A DNA stretch of 64,000 bases from a virus. Lineage: Duplodnaviria > Caudoviricetes. The stretch lies in the IMG/VR virus record IMGVR_UViG_3300009873_000001, one strand, 5' to 3'. The notes beneath the pieces were generated by a model. It was not told the origin of the DNA, ran no database searches, and saw only the letters and a program-made list of their open reading frames with translations. Below are positions 1 to 9,767 of this stretch, piece by piece (positions within the stretch are counted from its first letter, which is position 1; each line of letters opens with the position of its first letter). The position numbers were made by a program, and so were the translations under genes.

Positions 1-2
1 CC

Positions 3-227
3 AGCGACTCCACGCGCATTCAGTACCTGGTCGAGTACGACCTCAGCTTCGTCCCCGACGAAACAGCGCCTCCTCAGTCTCAACAGGCCACGATCAGCCT
101 GCCGATCGCCGGGCTGTCGAAGGCGGTGGTCAAGACAGCCACGCAAGACCGTATCATTGCGGAAGTGGCTGCCTTGGGCGGGTCGATCACGGCTGCTCGG
201 ATCTTCACGGTGGCGGACCTCGTCTAG
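3..227 (+). CDS. 3' end of hypothetical protein (truncated by window edge)
   Basis: Open frame from the window start (SDSTRIQYLVEYD...RIFTVADLV) to TAG at 225-227, just before the next gene. Confidence 0.7.
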   Translation, partial: SDSTRIQYLVEYDLSFVPDETAPPQSQQATISLPIAGLSKAVVKTATQDRIIAEVAALGGSITAARIFTVADLV

Positions 228-242
228 CCAAAGAAAGAGCGA

Positions 243-1109
243 ATGAGCGTTCACCAGTACACGATCGACGCCGACGGGACCTTCCCAAACAAGAAGGTCG
301 ACCTGCAGCGCTTCGAACAAGAGATCCGCGCCAGCGACGACATACTCGTGGCGTTGGACTCAGTTTCGATCGCTGGCCCAAACTGTGTGATCGTGTTCAA
401 GGCCGACTTGCCCAACGAGCAGATCCTAGCCTTGGAAGCGCTGGTGTTCGCTCACTCCGGTGAGTCGATTCCGGCGGTCGAGCCAAAACTGACCAGCGAG
501 GGCGTGGCACTCACCACACCCCAGCCTCAGAAATTCGGCTTCGAAATGTGTGATCGGGACTTCAAGCTCGTGACGTGCAAGGTTGCGCAAGACGACGCGG
601 TAGAGGACCTGAAGGTCAATCCCGTGACGCTCAAGGAGGAGGCCTGGGCTGGGCCTGAGCTGGCGCTCGTCGGAGTTTTCAAGGCTGGCGACCCGAGCAT
701 GGAGCTGTGCGCCAGCCAAGCCGACGCTGACGCGAACGGCGTCCTGAGCGTATTCGAGTACAAGGCCTACAACCAAACCGACGGCACAACCCAAATTCCG
801 TACAACATCCGCAACGGCGCGATCGTGAAGGATCCAGCGATTCCTGTTGGGGAGCGATTCGCTCACCGCGCCTACGTGATAGCGGTTCCAGCTCTGGGGC
901 CAGCCTACTTTGTCAGGTTGTTCGACGGTTACTTGGCCGCGCACCCTGACGACCTACTCGACGTGGAATCACCGCAGGCCAAGCTCCTCGATCCAGCCCC
1001 GGCGCCGGGCGCAGCCAACGCGGTCAGGATCTACGTCTATCACCCGCAGGGGCAGAGCAACGCACACGTTCTGTGGATGCTCACCTACCGGCCGACCGGA
1101 ACGTTCTAA
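243..1109 (+). CDS. hypothetical protein, possibly virion-associated
   Basis: 288-aa ORF, purine-rich upstream leader, GC3-biased codons, followed by a hairpin. Confidence 0.75.
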   Translation: MSVHQYTIDADGTFPNKKVDLQRFEQEIRASDDILVALDSVSIAGPNCVIVFKADLPNEQILALEALVFAHSGESIPAVEPKLTSEGVALTTPQPQKFGFEMCDRDFKLVTCKVAQDDAVEDLKVNPVTLKEEAWAGPELALVGVFKAGDPSMELCASQADADANGVLSVFEYKAYNQTDGTTQIPYNIRNGAIVKDPAIPVGERFAHRAYVIAVPALGPAYFVRLFDGYLAAHPDDLLDVESPQAKLLDPAPAPGAANAVRIYVYHPQGQSNAHVLWMLTYRPTGTF

Positions 1110-1159
1110 TCGGGGGTGGACGTCGTTCTTCTGCGATACCGGATTGAGAAGCCTTAGTA

Positions 1160-1197
1160 CAGCCAAAGACCCTCGCTCAGGGCGAGGGTCTTCGCTG
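1160..1197. terminator. stem-loop, possible terminator
   Basis: AAGACCCTCGC / GCGAGGGTCTT inverted repeat downstream of 243-1109; no long U tract. Confidence 0.45.
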
Positions 1198-1305
1198 GGG
1201 CACTGCCGGCTGTCCGGTCGGCCCTCCACCAGCTCCGCGGTCGCCGCTTGCGCCGCGACTCGCGATAGCGTTAGAATGCTAGCCGCTTGAGAGGCTCCTA
1301 GTCAA

Positions 1306-1518
1306 GTGGCTAGCAGCGCCCTTGAAGAAGAAGACGACGAGGTGCGCTGTTCTTTTTGCGGCGCCTTGGCTGACCATACTTGGTGGGGCTGGTGGTGCCA
1401 GGCAAACTGCCAAGACAAGGCACGCTGCCCCAGGTGCAAGGGGCCGGCTCGCCGTGGGCCGGAGCGGTGGAGCTGCGTGAACGAGGCCTGTGCTGGCCAC
1501 GTCAAGGACGGGAGGTAG
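1306..1518 (+). CDS. small Cys-rich Zn-finger protein
   Basis: CSFC, CQANC, CPRC and CVNEAC motifs in 70 aa. Confidence 0.55.
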   Translation: MASSALEEEDDEVRCSFCGALADHTWWGWWCQANCQDKARCPRCKGPARRGPERWSCVNEACAGHVKDGR

Positions 1519-1520
1519 CT

Positions 1521-2114
1521 GTGCCCATGCCTCGCGCGGTTGGTGAGTCGGTGCCACCTTGTCCGCATGGCTACTGGGAACATAGCCAGCTCAACCGCTG
1601 CCCATGGTGCCACGGACGCGACGCTCACAACGCGGAGGCCGTGCCGGTGGCGAGCGGCCCTGGCAACGGCTGGCTGCTCAAGCGCGGCGATCCGATCTGC
1701 GTGGGCTGCGGCGGTCCTGGCTGTGCCGGCTGGGGCCTGCTGCCTTCAGGCGCTGAGTCGTGGACGCCCGAGCAGCACCACGAGTACCGACAGAGCCAGG
1801 TGCTCTGCTATGGCTGCTCTGTGAACGGGCTAAGAATGCCGATCCGGGAGGTCGAGCGCCACTCGCCAGCTCCCGGCATGAAGGGCGTGCGGGTCGTCGA
1901 ATCCGGCGGCGAGACCTATTGGCAGTGTGAGACGTGTTGGCGGTGGGGCCGCCCGCGCTGGGCGCACGCCTGCGGGTCGGGTGGCAACTGGCACAAGACC
2001 GTGCGTGAGCTCGAAGAGGGCGCCAGCCGTGGTGTGGCGCCCGCGCGGGTCTTCGCTACCGCTCCCGTGATCACGCAGCCGTTGCCGTTCGAGCCTGGCA
2101 ACGAGCAGTTCTAA
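1521..2114 (+). CDS. Cys-rich hypothetical protein
   Basis: GGAGG RBS before GTG 1521; several CxxC pairs; TAATG overlap with the next gene. Confidence 0.6.
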   Translation: MPMPRAVGESVPPCPHGYWEHSQLNRCPWCHGRDAHNAEAVPVASGPGNGWLLKRGDPICVGCGGPGCAGWGLLPSGAESWTPEQHHEYRQSQVLCYGCSVNGLRMPIREVERHSPAPGMKGVRVVESGGETYWQCETCWRWGRPRWAHACGSGGNWHKTVRELEEGASRGVAPARVFATAPVITQPLPFEPGNEQF

Positions 2115-2929
2115 TGGCCGATCAGCACCTACGCCGCCTCGAGCGCGATCAGGCCGGCTGGCGCGAGCAGATCGCCGCGGGAAGGCGGGCCGGGAAGTGG
2201 GCGCTCGCACAGTGTGCGGCCGGCCGGTTCGCACTTGAAGGACAGCGCGTCAAGTCAGACTGCCGGGTCGACTACGATCTCGTTCAGGCCTGGGCTCTTG
2301 ATCTGCCTGGAGCAGCGACTGCAATACGGGAGTTCCGCCCGCACATTGCCGCCGACAGATCAGACCCCAACGAGTCGCGGTGGTTGGTGGTGTGGGCTGC
2401 CGGAACGCCGCACGCGAACGCCGGCCCAGCGCACCTCCACGAATCGTCGCTCATGATCCTCAACCCTGAAGGCGCGGCGACGGCGGTAAGTATTGAGTCA
2501 TGTCTGGGGCCGACACGGGCCTGGGATTCCACCGAAGGCGGGCACAGGTTCTGCAGGTTTGTTGGCTATGCGATCGACGGGCGCCGAGACGACAGGGCTC
2601 CAAGGCTCTGGGGTGGCGCGTGCGGCGGACACCACCCGACCATGCCAGCCATGCAAGGCCACCATTACGACAGGCACCCGGAGGGCTGCAATGCCCCGTT
2701 CGGTTCGTTGTGCTGGACAGAGCTCAAACGCCTGCACGGGTTGGTTATGACGCTGGGGCGCCTGCCGAGTCGTGAAGAGTACATGACCGCCGCAGAGAAA
2801 GAGCCAAAAGGTGCGCAGGTCAGGACAGTCCTGGCGTCTGGTCGGCTGGCGGCCCCTCGTCAGAGGCGATCCCTTCCGCGCATTCCACCCACGTCGCTCA
2901 CGAGCGCTAGCTTCAGGTCCGGGCGGTGA
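2114..2929 (+). CDS. hypothetical protein with MAD-x-x-LRRLER leader
   Basis: Starts MADQHLRRLERD; translationally coupled to the upstream gene. Confidence 0.7.
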   Translation: MADQHLRRLERDQAGWREQIAAGRRAGKWALAQCAAGRFALEGQRVKSDCRVDYDLVQAWALDLPGAATAIREFRPHIAADRSDPNESRWLVVWAAGTPHANAGPAHLHESSLMILNPEGAATAVSIESCLGPTRAWDSTEGGHRFCRFVGYAIDGRRDDRAPRLWGGACGGHHPTMPAMQGHHYDRHPEGCNAPFGSLCWTELKRLHGLVMTLGRLPSREEYMTAAEKEPKGAQVRTVLASGRLAAPRQRRSLPRIPPTSLTSASFRSGR

Positions 2930-2965
2930 CCTAGCTGTCAGTTCGTTTTGATAGATTGTCGCTCG

Positions 2966-3823
2966 GTGAGCGACGCCCAACTCAGAGAAGTAGAGCGAGA
3001 AGTCGAAGCGCTGCCCGAGGCGCTTCAGCGCTATCGCGCGCAGTTGCTCAGGAGCTGCTCGTTCCTGGAGTGCTGGCTGTGCGGCACGCTCGTGCCCGAG
3101 CCGCTCATGTCGGACCACGACAAGGTCTGCAGAGTTCAGTCGTTGCCGAACAGGAATCTTCAAGGACAGCCCTTTGGAACCTTCACCTCGTTTCAACCTG
3201 TTCAGCATGCCCAGCCAGTGTCAGGCGGCCATGTAGTTCCGCAGCCGCGTCAATTTGGCGCCCGGCCGCGACGCGAGCCGCTCTATGACACGGTGTCCTT
3301 TACTGGCAGCATTTGCTGTAGGCCGCGCAAGACGATCTTCTACATTCGCGGCGCGCTCGACAGCACTAGGACAGTTTGTCAGTTTCTTGGGCCAGCCAGA
3401 GACGCAAAGGACTCTTGGCTGACGAACATTCCAGGCAGCGGAACCTGGCTCCCTCCAAGCCATGCGTTCTTCTGGTATCGAACGACATTGGCCCCAGACG
3501 TTGGCCAAGACGTCGGGTCCGTCCTGAGCGTGTGGCGCAACGGGCGGCTTCGATTTCAACACCAACAGACTGAACTGCTCGAATGGCCGTGCATGGCGAT
3601 CATGACCGATCCCAAGTCCCTGCCCAAGCTCGAGACCGGCGAGTTGGTCGGCTTGGCTAGCGTCAGGCCGCGGGCTGACGTCACAATCGCCGGCCAGCCA
3701 GTTCAGATCCACGGGCAGGAGAGGATCGAGTTCGCACTCGACGTGCCGGTGCCGCCGGCCAATCCGGTCAAGTTCACGGTTCTCATGTACGGCATGCACT
3801 TGAGACCGATCGCTGGAGACTAG
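2966..3823 (+). CDS. hypothetical protein: MSD-x-x-LRExER leader, Zn-finger and possible jelly-roll capsid-like C-terminal domain
   Basis: GTG 2966 gives MSDAQLREVERE; CWLC...HDKVC; C-terminal EPLYDT...LTNIPGSGTWLP...F...VLMYGMHLRP with beta-strand pattern. Confidence 0.55.
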   Translation: MSDAQLREVEREVEALPEALQRYRAQLLRSCSFLECWLCGTLVPEPLMSDHDKVCRVQSLPNRNLQGQPFGTFTSFQPVQHAQPVSGGHVVPQPRQFGARPRREPLYDTVSFTGSICCRPRKTIFYIRGALDSTRTVCQFLGPARDAKDSWLTNIPGSGTWLPPSHAFFWYRTTLAPDVGQDVGSVLSVWRNGRLRFQHQQTELLEWPCMAIMTDPKSLPKLETGELVGLASVRPRADVTIAGQPVQIHGQERIEFALDVPVPPANPVKFTVLMYGMHLRPIAGD

Positions 3824-3825
3824 AC

Positions 3826-4323
3826 ATGCGCGCTCTTAGTTTGCACCAACCCTGGGCAAGCGGACTCGCGGCGGGCGTCAAGCCTGAAGAGACGCGCTCC
3901 TGGTCGACCACCTACAGAGGCCTGGTGGCAATTCATGCTGCTAAGCAATGGAACCGCGACCAGCGAGAAGCTGCGCTGCGGCTCTTGCCCGACTTCGAAG
4001 GCTTCACCGCTTTGGGCGGCACGGGCATGGTTGCCGCGGCGACCTGGGTTCAGGATCCGCAGGCTTGGCCGCGAGGGGTCGTCGTGGGTGTAGGCAGGCT
4101 GGTCGACGTGGTCCCGATCGAGCAGCGCACGGCGAATCCGTGGGGTGACTTCACGCCTGGGCGTTTTGCTTGGTTGTTCGAAGATCTTCGCCCGCTCACG
4201 AAGCCTTGGCGTCTCTGCGGACGTCAAGGCCTTTGGACGGTCGGAGCCGGCGACGAGGCCGCGATCTTATCGCTGCGCGCGCCCAAGAAGGCGAGTTCTG
4301 CGAGAGGGGTGCCCAGTGACTGA
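3826..4323 (+). CDS. ASCH domain protein
   Basis: ALSLHQPWA...GVKPEETRSW..YRGLVAIHA and GRQGLW are ASCH signatures. Confidence 0.9.
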   Translation: MRALSLHQPWASGLAAGVKPEETRSWSTTYRGLVAIHAAKQWNRDQREAALRLLPDFEGFTALGGTGMVAAATWVQDPQAWPRGVVVGVGRLVDVVPIEQRTANPWGDFTPGRFAWLFEDLRPLTKPWRLCGRQGLWTVGAGDEAAILSLRAPKKASSARGVPSD

Positions 4324-4576
4324 GATCATTCACGCGCCAGTGCTCATTGTCGCTTTGCAGCGGGGCAAGACCGTTGAGATCCTGTACAAGAATCACCGCG
4401 GCGAAACGGGAAAAAGGCAGATCATTCCTGAGTGCTTGTGGCTCGGAACGACGGAATGGCACCCGCGGCGCCAGTGGCTGCTCGACGCCTGGGACGTCGG
4501 CAAGCAAGATCGCAGATCGTTCGCTCTCTCCGAGATTCACGAAGTCAACGGAGTGGCGGTGGCTCAGCCTTCATGA
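4316..4576 (+). CDS. stand-alone WYL domain protein
   Basis: ILYKNHRGE..KRQIIP...W.L.AWD..KQDRRSFALSEI; GTG start at 4316. Confidence 0.85.
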   Translation: MTEIIHAPVLIVALQRGKTVEILYKNHRGETGKRQIIPECLWLGTTEWHPRRQWLLDAWDVGKQDRRSFALSEIHEVNGVAVAQPS

Positions 4577-5535
4577 TCCAGGTGCTGGTGGTCGGCGGCA
4601 CGGGCATGCTGGGAAGCATGCTCGTGGACGTGCTCTCGAAGAACCCCAACCTGCGGGTGCGCTCGACGTTCAATCGCAGGGTGCTCGAGACGTTCCCGGC
4701 CAACGTGCAACAGATCAGATACACAGCCTGCCGCGGCCTGCCACAGGGGATCAGAGCCGCGTTGCGACCGAAGGACTGGATCGTCAACGCTGTGGGCGCA
4801 GCAGAGCGCGGATTCAGGAGCGAGGCTTGGGTCTCCAGGAATGGCGGTAGTGACCCAGCCTTCACGCGCGCCGCAATAGAGGCGAACGCGCTCTTGCCGC
4901 TCGAGCTGCTCGACGTCAGTCAGGAGACTGGTTGCAGCGTGCTGCAGGTCGCTACAGATTGCGTGTACTCAGGCCTGGGCGGAGAAGCTGGCAGCTATGT
5001 GGAGCGCTGTCCGCATGACGCGACCAGCGTCTACGGCAAGACCAAGAGCCTAGGAGAAGTGCGTGGCGACCGGTTCTTCAACCTCCGCTGTTCCCTTGTG
5101 GGCCCTGAGCCTTGTTCAGGCGGCAAGTTTCTGTTGGAACAATTCCTAGCCCACCCGCACGGGGCTCGCGTCGACGGGTACATCAACCACCGCTGGAACG
5201 GCGTGACGACGCTGGCCTTTGCCAAGATCGCAGAAGCGATCGTGCTAGGCGAGGTGCCGGAGCTCGTGCGCGATCAGCACCTCCTGCCATTCGACCAGGT
5301 GAGCAACTACGTCTTGCTGCTCGAGCTGTCGCGCCTCTTCCGCCGCTTCGATCTGGAAATCTCTCCTGGCGATTCCGGTGATCCGTTTGACCGTACGCTC
5401 GGCACTATGGAGCCGCATATCAACGACAGCCTTTGGCGCGCCGCCGGCTACTACGGACCGCCCAAGATCTGCGAGCTGCTCGAACAGCTGGCCAAGCACA
5501 GCTACTTCTTCAAGCGGCCTAGCGGAGACGCCTGA
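4573..5535 (+). CDS. RmlD-like NAD(P)-dependent sugar-nucleotide reductase (extended SDR)
   Basis: GGTGMLG Rossmann motif, ATDCVYSG, catalytic YGKTK; ATGA overlap with the WYL gene. Confidence 0.85.
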   Translation: MIQVLVVGGTGMLGSMLVDVLSKNPNLRVRSTFNRRVLETFPANVQQIRYTACRGLPQGIRAALRPKDWIVNAVGAAERGFRSEAWVSRNGGSDPAFTRAAIEANALLPLELLDVSQETGCSVLQVATDCVYSGLGGEAGSYVERCPHDATSVYGKTKSLGEVRGDRFFNLRCSLVGPEPCSGGKFLLEQFLAHPHGARVDGYINHRWNGVTTLAFAKIAEAIVLGEVPELVRDQHLLPFDQVSNYVLLLELSRLFRRFDLEISPGDSGDPFDRTLGTMEPHINDSLWRAAGYYGPPKICELLEQLAKHSYFFKRPSGDA

Positions 5536-5538
5536 CGC

Positions 5539-5736
5539 ATGACCGACGCAGAGAAGATTCAGAAGGCCATAGAGAAGATCGAGCGCTTCGGCGGCTTTGA
5601 GGGCGGTCACCACAAGCAGTGGGTCATTGACCAGGTCGTTAGAATCCTGCTCGCCGAGCAGTACGAGTCGTGGCTCGCGGACATGAATTCAGATCCAGAG
5701 AGCTACGACCCCTGGGACCACGGCATTGCTCCGTGA
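5539..5736 (+). CDS. small phage-type hypothetical protein
   Basis: GGFEGGHHKQWVIDQVVRIL...WDHGIAP; tight packing between neighbours. Confidence 0.7.
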   Translation: MTDAEKIQKAIEKIERFGGFEGGHHKQWVIDQVVRILLAEQYESWLADMNSDPESYDPWDHGIAP

Positions 5737-5743
5737 GGCACGC

Positions 5744-7774
5744 ATGAAGCTCTGTTTGAACGGAATCGTCAAGAACGAATCGCACCGGATCGAGCGCATG
5801 CTCAAGAGCGTGGCTCCGTACATCGACAGCGCGGCAATCCTCGACACGGGGTCGACCGACGGCACGCCGGACAAGATCGCTGACTTCTTCACGGCCCGCA
5901 AGATTCCGTACTTCGTGGGGAGCGGGACGTTCAAGAACTGGAGCCAGGCCAGGAACGACGCGCTCGAGCTGGGCCGCACCAAGAGCGACGCGGACTATCT
6001 GTTTCTGGTCGACGCGGACATGGAGCTGGTCGTCAAAGACAGCGCGTGGAAGGAGAAGCTCTCTGCGCACGCCTACGATATCGTGCAGCACTCAGGGTCT
6101 CTCAACTATCCGAACGTGCGGCTCGTCAGGCGGGTCGGTAGAGCGAAGTACATCGGAGTGACCCACGAGTTCATGGACACCGGAGAGCTGGCGGTGCGGC
6201 TCGAGGGCGTGCATTTCATAGACCACGCGGACGGGGCGAACCGCCCCGGGAAGTTCGACCGAGACATAGCCTTGCTGCTCGAAGGGCTGAAAGACGAGCC
6301 GGGTAACGGTCGCTACATGTACTACCTGGCGCAGTCGTACAGAGACAGCGGGAGACACCAGGAGGCCGCCGATTGGTACAAGCGGCGCGCAGGCCTCGAG
6401 CACGGCTGGGAGGAAGAGGGCTGGGACGCCCAGCTCAACTACGCGCTGCAGCTGAAGAAGCTAGGTGACGAGCGCGGGTTCGTGTACGAAATGCTCCGCG
6501 CTTTCGATCGCCGTCAGCACCGCGCTGAGCCGCTCTACGAGCTGGCCAAGCACTACCGTGAGAAGCCGCGCAGCCAGGCCATAGCCAACCTCTTCGCCCA
6601 GGCCGGCCTGAAGCTCTCCTATCCGAAGGGCGACCGTCTGTTCGTGAACCAGCACGTCTACACCGCTGGCCTGCGCGAGGAGTTCTCGATCACCGGCTTC
6701 TACAGCAAGGACGGCGAGGAGCGACAGCAGGCGTTCAAGGTGACCGACGCGCTGTCGCTCGACATGAGCGTCTCCGACTGGAGCCGGCGCCAAGCCAGGC
6801 AGAACATGTTCCACTACCTGCCGAAGCTCAGTGAAGTCTGCCCTTCCTTCAAGGCGACCAAGCTGGACTTCGCGCCTCCTGAGGGCTATGCGGCCATGAA
6901 CCCGTCGCTCGTGACGGTGGCCGGAGAGCAGTTCATAAACGTGCGGTGCGTGAACTACCGCATGGACGACCAAGGCCGCTACCTGATCAGGGGCGAGGAC
7001 GGATCGGTCACGAACAGCAACCCGATCCGCACCCGGAACTTCATAGGGCGTGTTCAGCGCGACGGGCAGGGCGCGTCCGTGGTGAAGGCCAAGGAGTTGC
7101 TCGAACCCAACGCGGTCGCATTCCCGGTCGAGTATCCGCTCGTGGTGGGGCTAGAGGACGTGCGGCTCTTTACTCGCGACGGCGCTCTGCGCGGGATCGC
7201 GAACATACGCCAGCTCTTCAAAGACGGCCTGTGCCGGCAGTACGCGTTCAAAATTTCGGATCTCTCTGACGAGAGTGGCGCATGCCGTGTCATGGGTCTG
7301 CGCCACATTCCTGGGGTCACCCCTGGCGCGCACGAAAAGAACTGGATGCCGATCACGAACGGCTACGGCGACAAGCCGTCCTTCGTCTACATGGTCGGCC
7401 AGGTCATAGACGAGGACGGCGGCTTCAAGAAGCACGAGACCGGCTCTCTCGACATTCACCGCCTGCGGGGCGGCGGGCAGGTCGTGCCGCTCGCGGGCGG
7501 ATACCTGGCGATCGTGCATGAGGCCGACGCGCGGCCCGGCGGTGGCCCGCGTTACTACTGGCACCGCTGGGTTCAGTTCGACAGCGACATGAAGCCGATC
7601 GCGGTCAGTTTGCCGTTCTGCTTCCTCGACAAGGTGATCGAGTTCGCTGCCGGCCTGTGCTGGTCCGGAGGTAACGAGCTCATGGTCTCATTCGGGTTCA
7701 AGGACTGCGAGCCGTGGATCGGAACCGTGAGCGCCATTGAGGTCCAAAGGTCGTTGTGCCGATCCTTGCTGTAA
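5744..7774 (+). CDS. GT2 glycosyltransferase + TPR + C-terminal beta-propeller (glycosidase-like) domain
   Basis: DTGSTDGT, ARNDAL, DADM (DxD), GVTHE; TPR-like YYLAQSY; C-terminal EDVRLF, EKNWMP, LRGG, IEFAAGL. Confidence 0.88.
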   Translation: MKLCLNGIVKNESHRIERMLKSVAPYIDSAAILDTGSTDGTPDKIADFFTARKIPYFVGSGTFKNWSQARNDALELGRTKSDADYLFLVDADMELVVKDSAWKEKLSAHAYDIVQHSGSLNYPNVRLVRRVGRAKYIGVTHEFMDTGELAVRLEGVHFIDHADGANRPGKFDRDIALLLEGLKDEPGNGRYMYYLAQSYRDSGRHQEAADWYKRRAGLEHGWEEEGWDAQLNYALQLKKLGDERGFVYEMLRAFDRRQHRAEPLYELAKHYREKPRSQAIANLFAQAGLKLSYPKGDRLFVNQHVYTAGLREEFSITGFYSKDGEERQQAFKVTDALSLDMSVSDWSRRQARQNMFHYLPKLSEVCPSFKATKLDFAPPEGYAAMNPSLVTVAGEQFINVRCVNYRMDDQGRYLIRGEDGSVTNSNPIRTRNFIGRVQRDGQGASVVKAKELLEPNAVAFPVEYPLVVGLEDVRLFTRDGALRGIANIRQLFKDGLCRQYAFKISDLSDESGACRVMGLRHIPGVTPGAHEKNWMPITNGYGDKPSFVYMVGQVIDEDGGFKKHETGSLDIHRLRGGGQVVPLAGGYLAIVHEADARPGGGPRYYWHRWVQFDSDMKPIAVSLPFCFLDKVIEFAAGLCWSGGNELMVSFGFKDCEPWIGTVSAIEVQRSLCRSLL

Positions 7775-8430
7775 CCGGGTTCGTGCCGATCCCGGGGCAC
7801 CCTCGCTCCAGAGAGGACTACGAACGGCTCGGGGAGGGGTTCTCGCAGGTCCGCCCCAGGCCGGTGAAAATGTTCACCGACCTGGAGGAGTGTTGGCTCT
7901 ACAAGGCGGCGCACGGGCGCGGTACGCAACACCGGGGGGGCGACAACCCCAAGAAGAATACGCTCGCTTATCACGCCGTGCAGCACGAGAAGCTCGCGTG
8001 GCTGGCGAAGGCGGCGGAGCTGCACCCGGAAGCCGACGTGTTGGCGTGGATCGATTATGGAGTCTTTCACCTGCCCAGCGTGACGCCTCTCATGATCAGC
8101 GACTACCTGAAGGTGGCGGCTTGTGAGCACGAGATCGCCATACCAGGGTGCTGGGACGAGGCCTTTGCGGCGCAATGGAGCCCGGACGAGAACTATCCGT
8201 TCTGGCGCTTTTGCGGCGGCGCGTTCGTGTGCCACCGCAGTCATGTAGCGGCCTTTCATACAGCGGTGAGAGAGGCTGCGCTGGCACGGTTGGACAAGAC
8301 CGGTTTCGTGACCTGGGAGGTCAACGACTGGCGAAAGGTCGAAGAGTCGAGGACTCTGCCGATACGCTGGTATCACGCAGACCACGACCACACCATGTTC
8401 ACCAACTACAAGAGCGGCAGGGAAGGCTAG
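7756..8430 (+). CDS. HtrL/WlaTC-like putative glycosyltransferase
   Basis: AWIDYG and WRFCGGAF motifs; paralogous to the N-terminal half of the next gene. Confidence 0.65.
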   Translation: MPILAVTGFVPIPGHPRSREDYERLGEGFSQVRPRPVKMFTDLEECWLYKAAHGRGTQHRGGDNPKKNTLAYHAVQHEKLAWLAKAAELHPEADVLAWIDYGVFHLPSVTPLMISDYLKVAACEHEIAIPGCWDEAFAAQWSPDENYPFWRFCGGAFVCHRSHVAAFHTAVREAALARLDKTGFVTWEVNDWRKVEESRTLPIRWYHADHDHTMFTNYKSGREG

Positions 8431-8438
8431 GGAGAAGC

Positions 8439-9746
8439 GTGAAAGTAATGGCGGTGACCGGGTATATCCGCAACGCGTTCCCGGCGAAGCACCTGTCAGT
8501 AGAGCAGTTCGTCAAGCTGGGAGATCGGTTGAAGGCGGCCATTCCCGGCAAGATCCACGCCTTTGAGGACTCGGCGCTCAAAGACTGCTGGGCGTGGCCG
8601 CTCATGGAGGAGAATCCGTCGCTCCTGCCTTCCGACAGCAACCCACCCGCCGATCGCTACCTCGAGCCCAGGCACGCAGCCATATCGAACATAGTCCTGC
8701 TGCAGCGGTACGAGTGGATGCGCCGGGCGGGGGAGATCTACCCGGACGTCGACGTGTTCGCCTGGATCGAGTACTCGGTCCTCAAGCAGCGGAATGTCAC
8801 TGAGCAGGTGATCCAGCAGTTCATGCAACAGCTCGAGGCGACGTCGTTCGACGCCGTGTCTCTCCCTGGTGTATGGCAGAAGGGACCGATCGACGACTCT
8901 CAGGCCCACTGGCGCTTCTGTGGGTCTTGCTGGGTCTGTCCACGGAAGTACCTCGACGGCGTCTTCAATGCGGTTCGTACAGTGGCGACGCTCCGCACCA
9001 GAATGACCGGGAAGATCTCCTGGGACATGAACACCATGGCTTACGTGGAGCTGCTCGACGTGCTCCCGATCCGGTGGTACTTGGCCGGCCATGACCAGAC
9101 TCAGTTCACGAACTACTCACTCACGCCGCTGTGCGAACTGGCCAGGAAGTACCAGACCGACAAGGGTGGGTGGCACTTGATGTACGGCGGGGCGTCCGGG
9201 GACACCTGCCATAACTACACGCCGACCTACTACGAAATGCTCAAAAGCAGGAGGGAGGGCGTCCGGCGCGTGCTCGAGATCGGCGTGCATACCGGCAGCT
9301 CGCTGCGCATGTGGAGAGAGTTCTTCCCGAACGCCAGGATCTTCGGGATCGATATCAACCCGAACTCCATGTTCAAGGAGGACAGGATCTCCTGCGCCCT
9401 CGCGGACCAATCGAGCCGAGAGTCGCTGCTCAGAGCTGTGGAAGCGTTCGGGCCAGAGCCGTTCGACTTGATCATAGAGGACGGCTCCCACGAACTACAG
9501 CACCAGGTCGTCACCGCGAACACGCTGCTGCCGTTCGTGGCCAAGGGGGGCTTCTACGTGGTCGAGGACATAGACTACGACTGCAAGCCCGAGCTCGTCT
9601 CTAAGGGCATTACGCCGCCGTCGGGCGAGTTTGAGCTGCAGTACGTGAAGACCGGCAAGGGGATCGGGAAGGCCAAGTGCAACCCAGCGTGTCCGTACTG
9701 CAAGGGATCCGAGGGCGAGTGCCTCATTGTCTACCATCGTCGATAA
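8439..9746 (+). CDS. HtrL-like domain fused to class I SAM-dependent sugar O-methyltransferase
   Basis: N-half AWIEYS / WRFCGS; C-half TDK..H..HNYTP.Y, VLEIGV..GSSLRMW, GIDI, IIEDGSH, YVVED. Confidence 0.8.
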   Translation: MKVMAVTGYIRNAFPAKHLSVEQFVKLGDRLKAAIPGKIHAFEDSALKDCWAWPLMEENPSLLPSDSNPPADRYLEPRHAAISNIVLLQRYEWMRRAGEIYPDVDVFAWIEYSVLKQRNVTEQVIQQFMQQLEATSFDAVSLPGVWQKGPIDDSQAHWRFCGSCWVCPRKYLDGVFNAVRTVATLRTRMTGKISWDMNTMAYVELLDVLPIRWYLAGHDQTQFTNYSLTPLCELARKYQTDKGGWHLMYGGASGDTCHNYTPTYYEMLKSRREGVRRVLEIGVHTGSSLRMWREFFPNARIFGIDINPNSMFKEDRISCALADQSSRESLLRAVEAFGPEPFDLIIEDGSHELQHQVVTANTLLPFVAKGGFYVVEDIDYDCKPELVSKGITPPSGEFELQYVKTGKGIGKAKCNPACPYCKGSEGECLIVYHRR

Positions 9747-9767
9747 GAGTCACCGCAGGTGAGAAGC

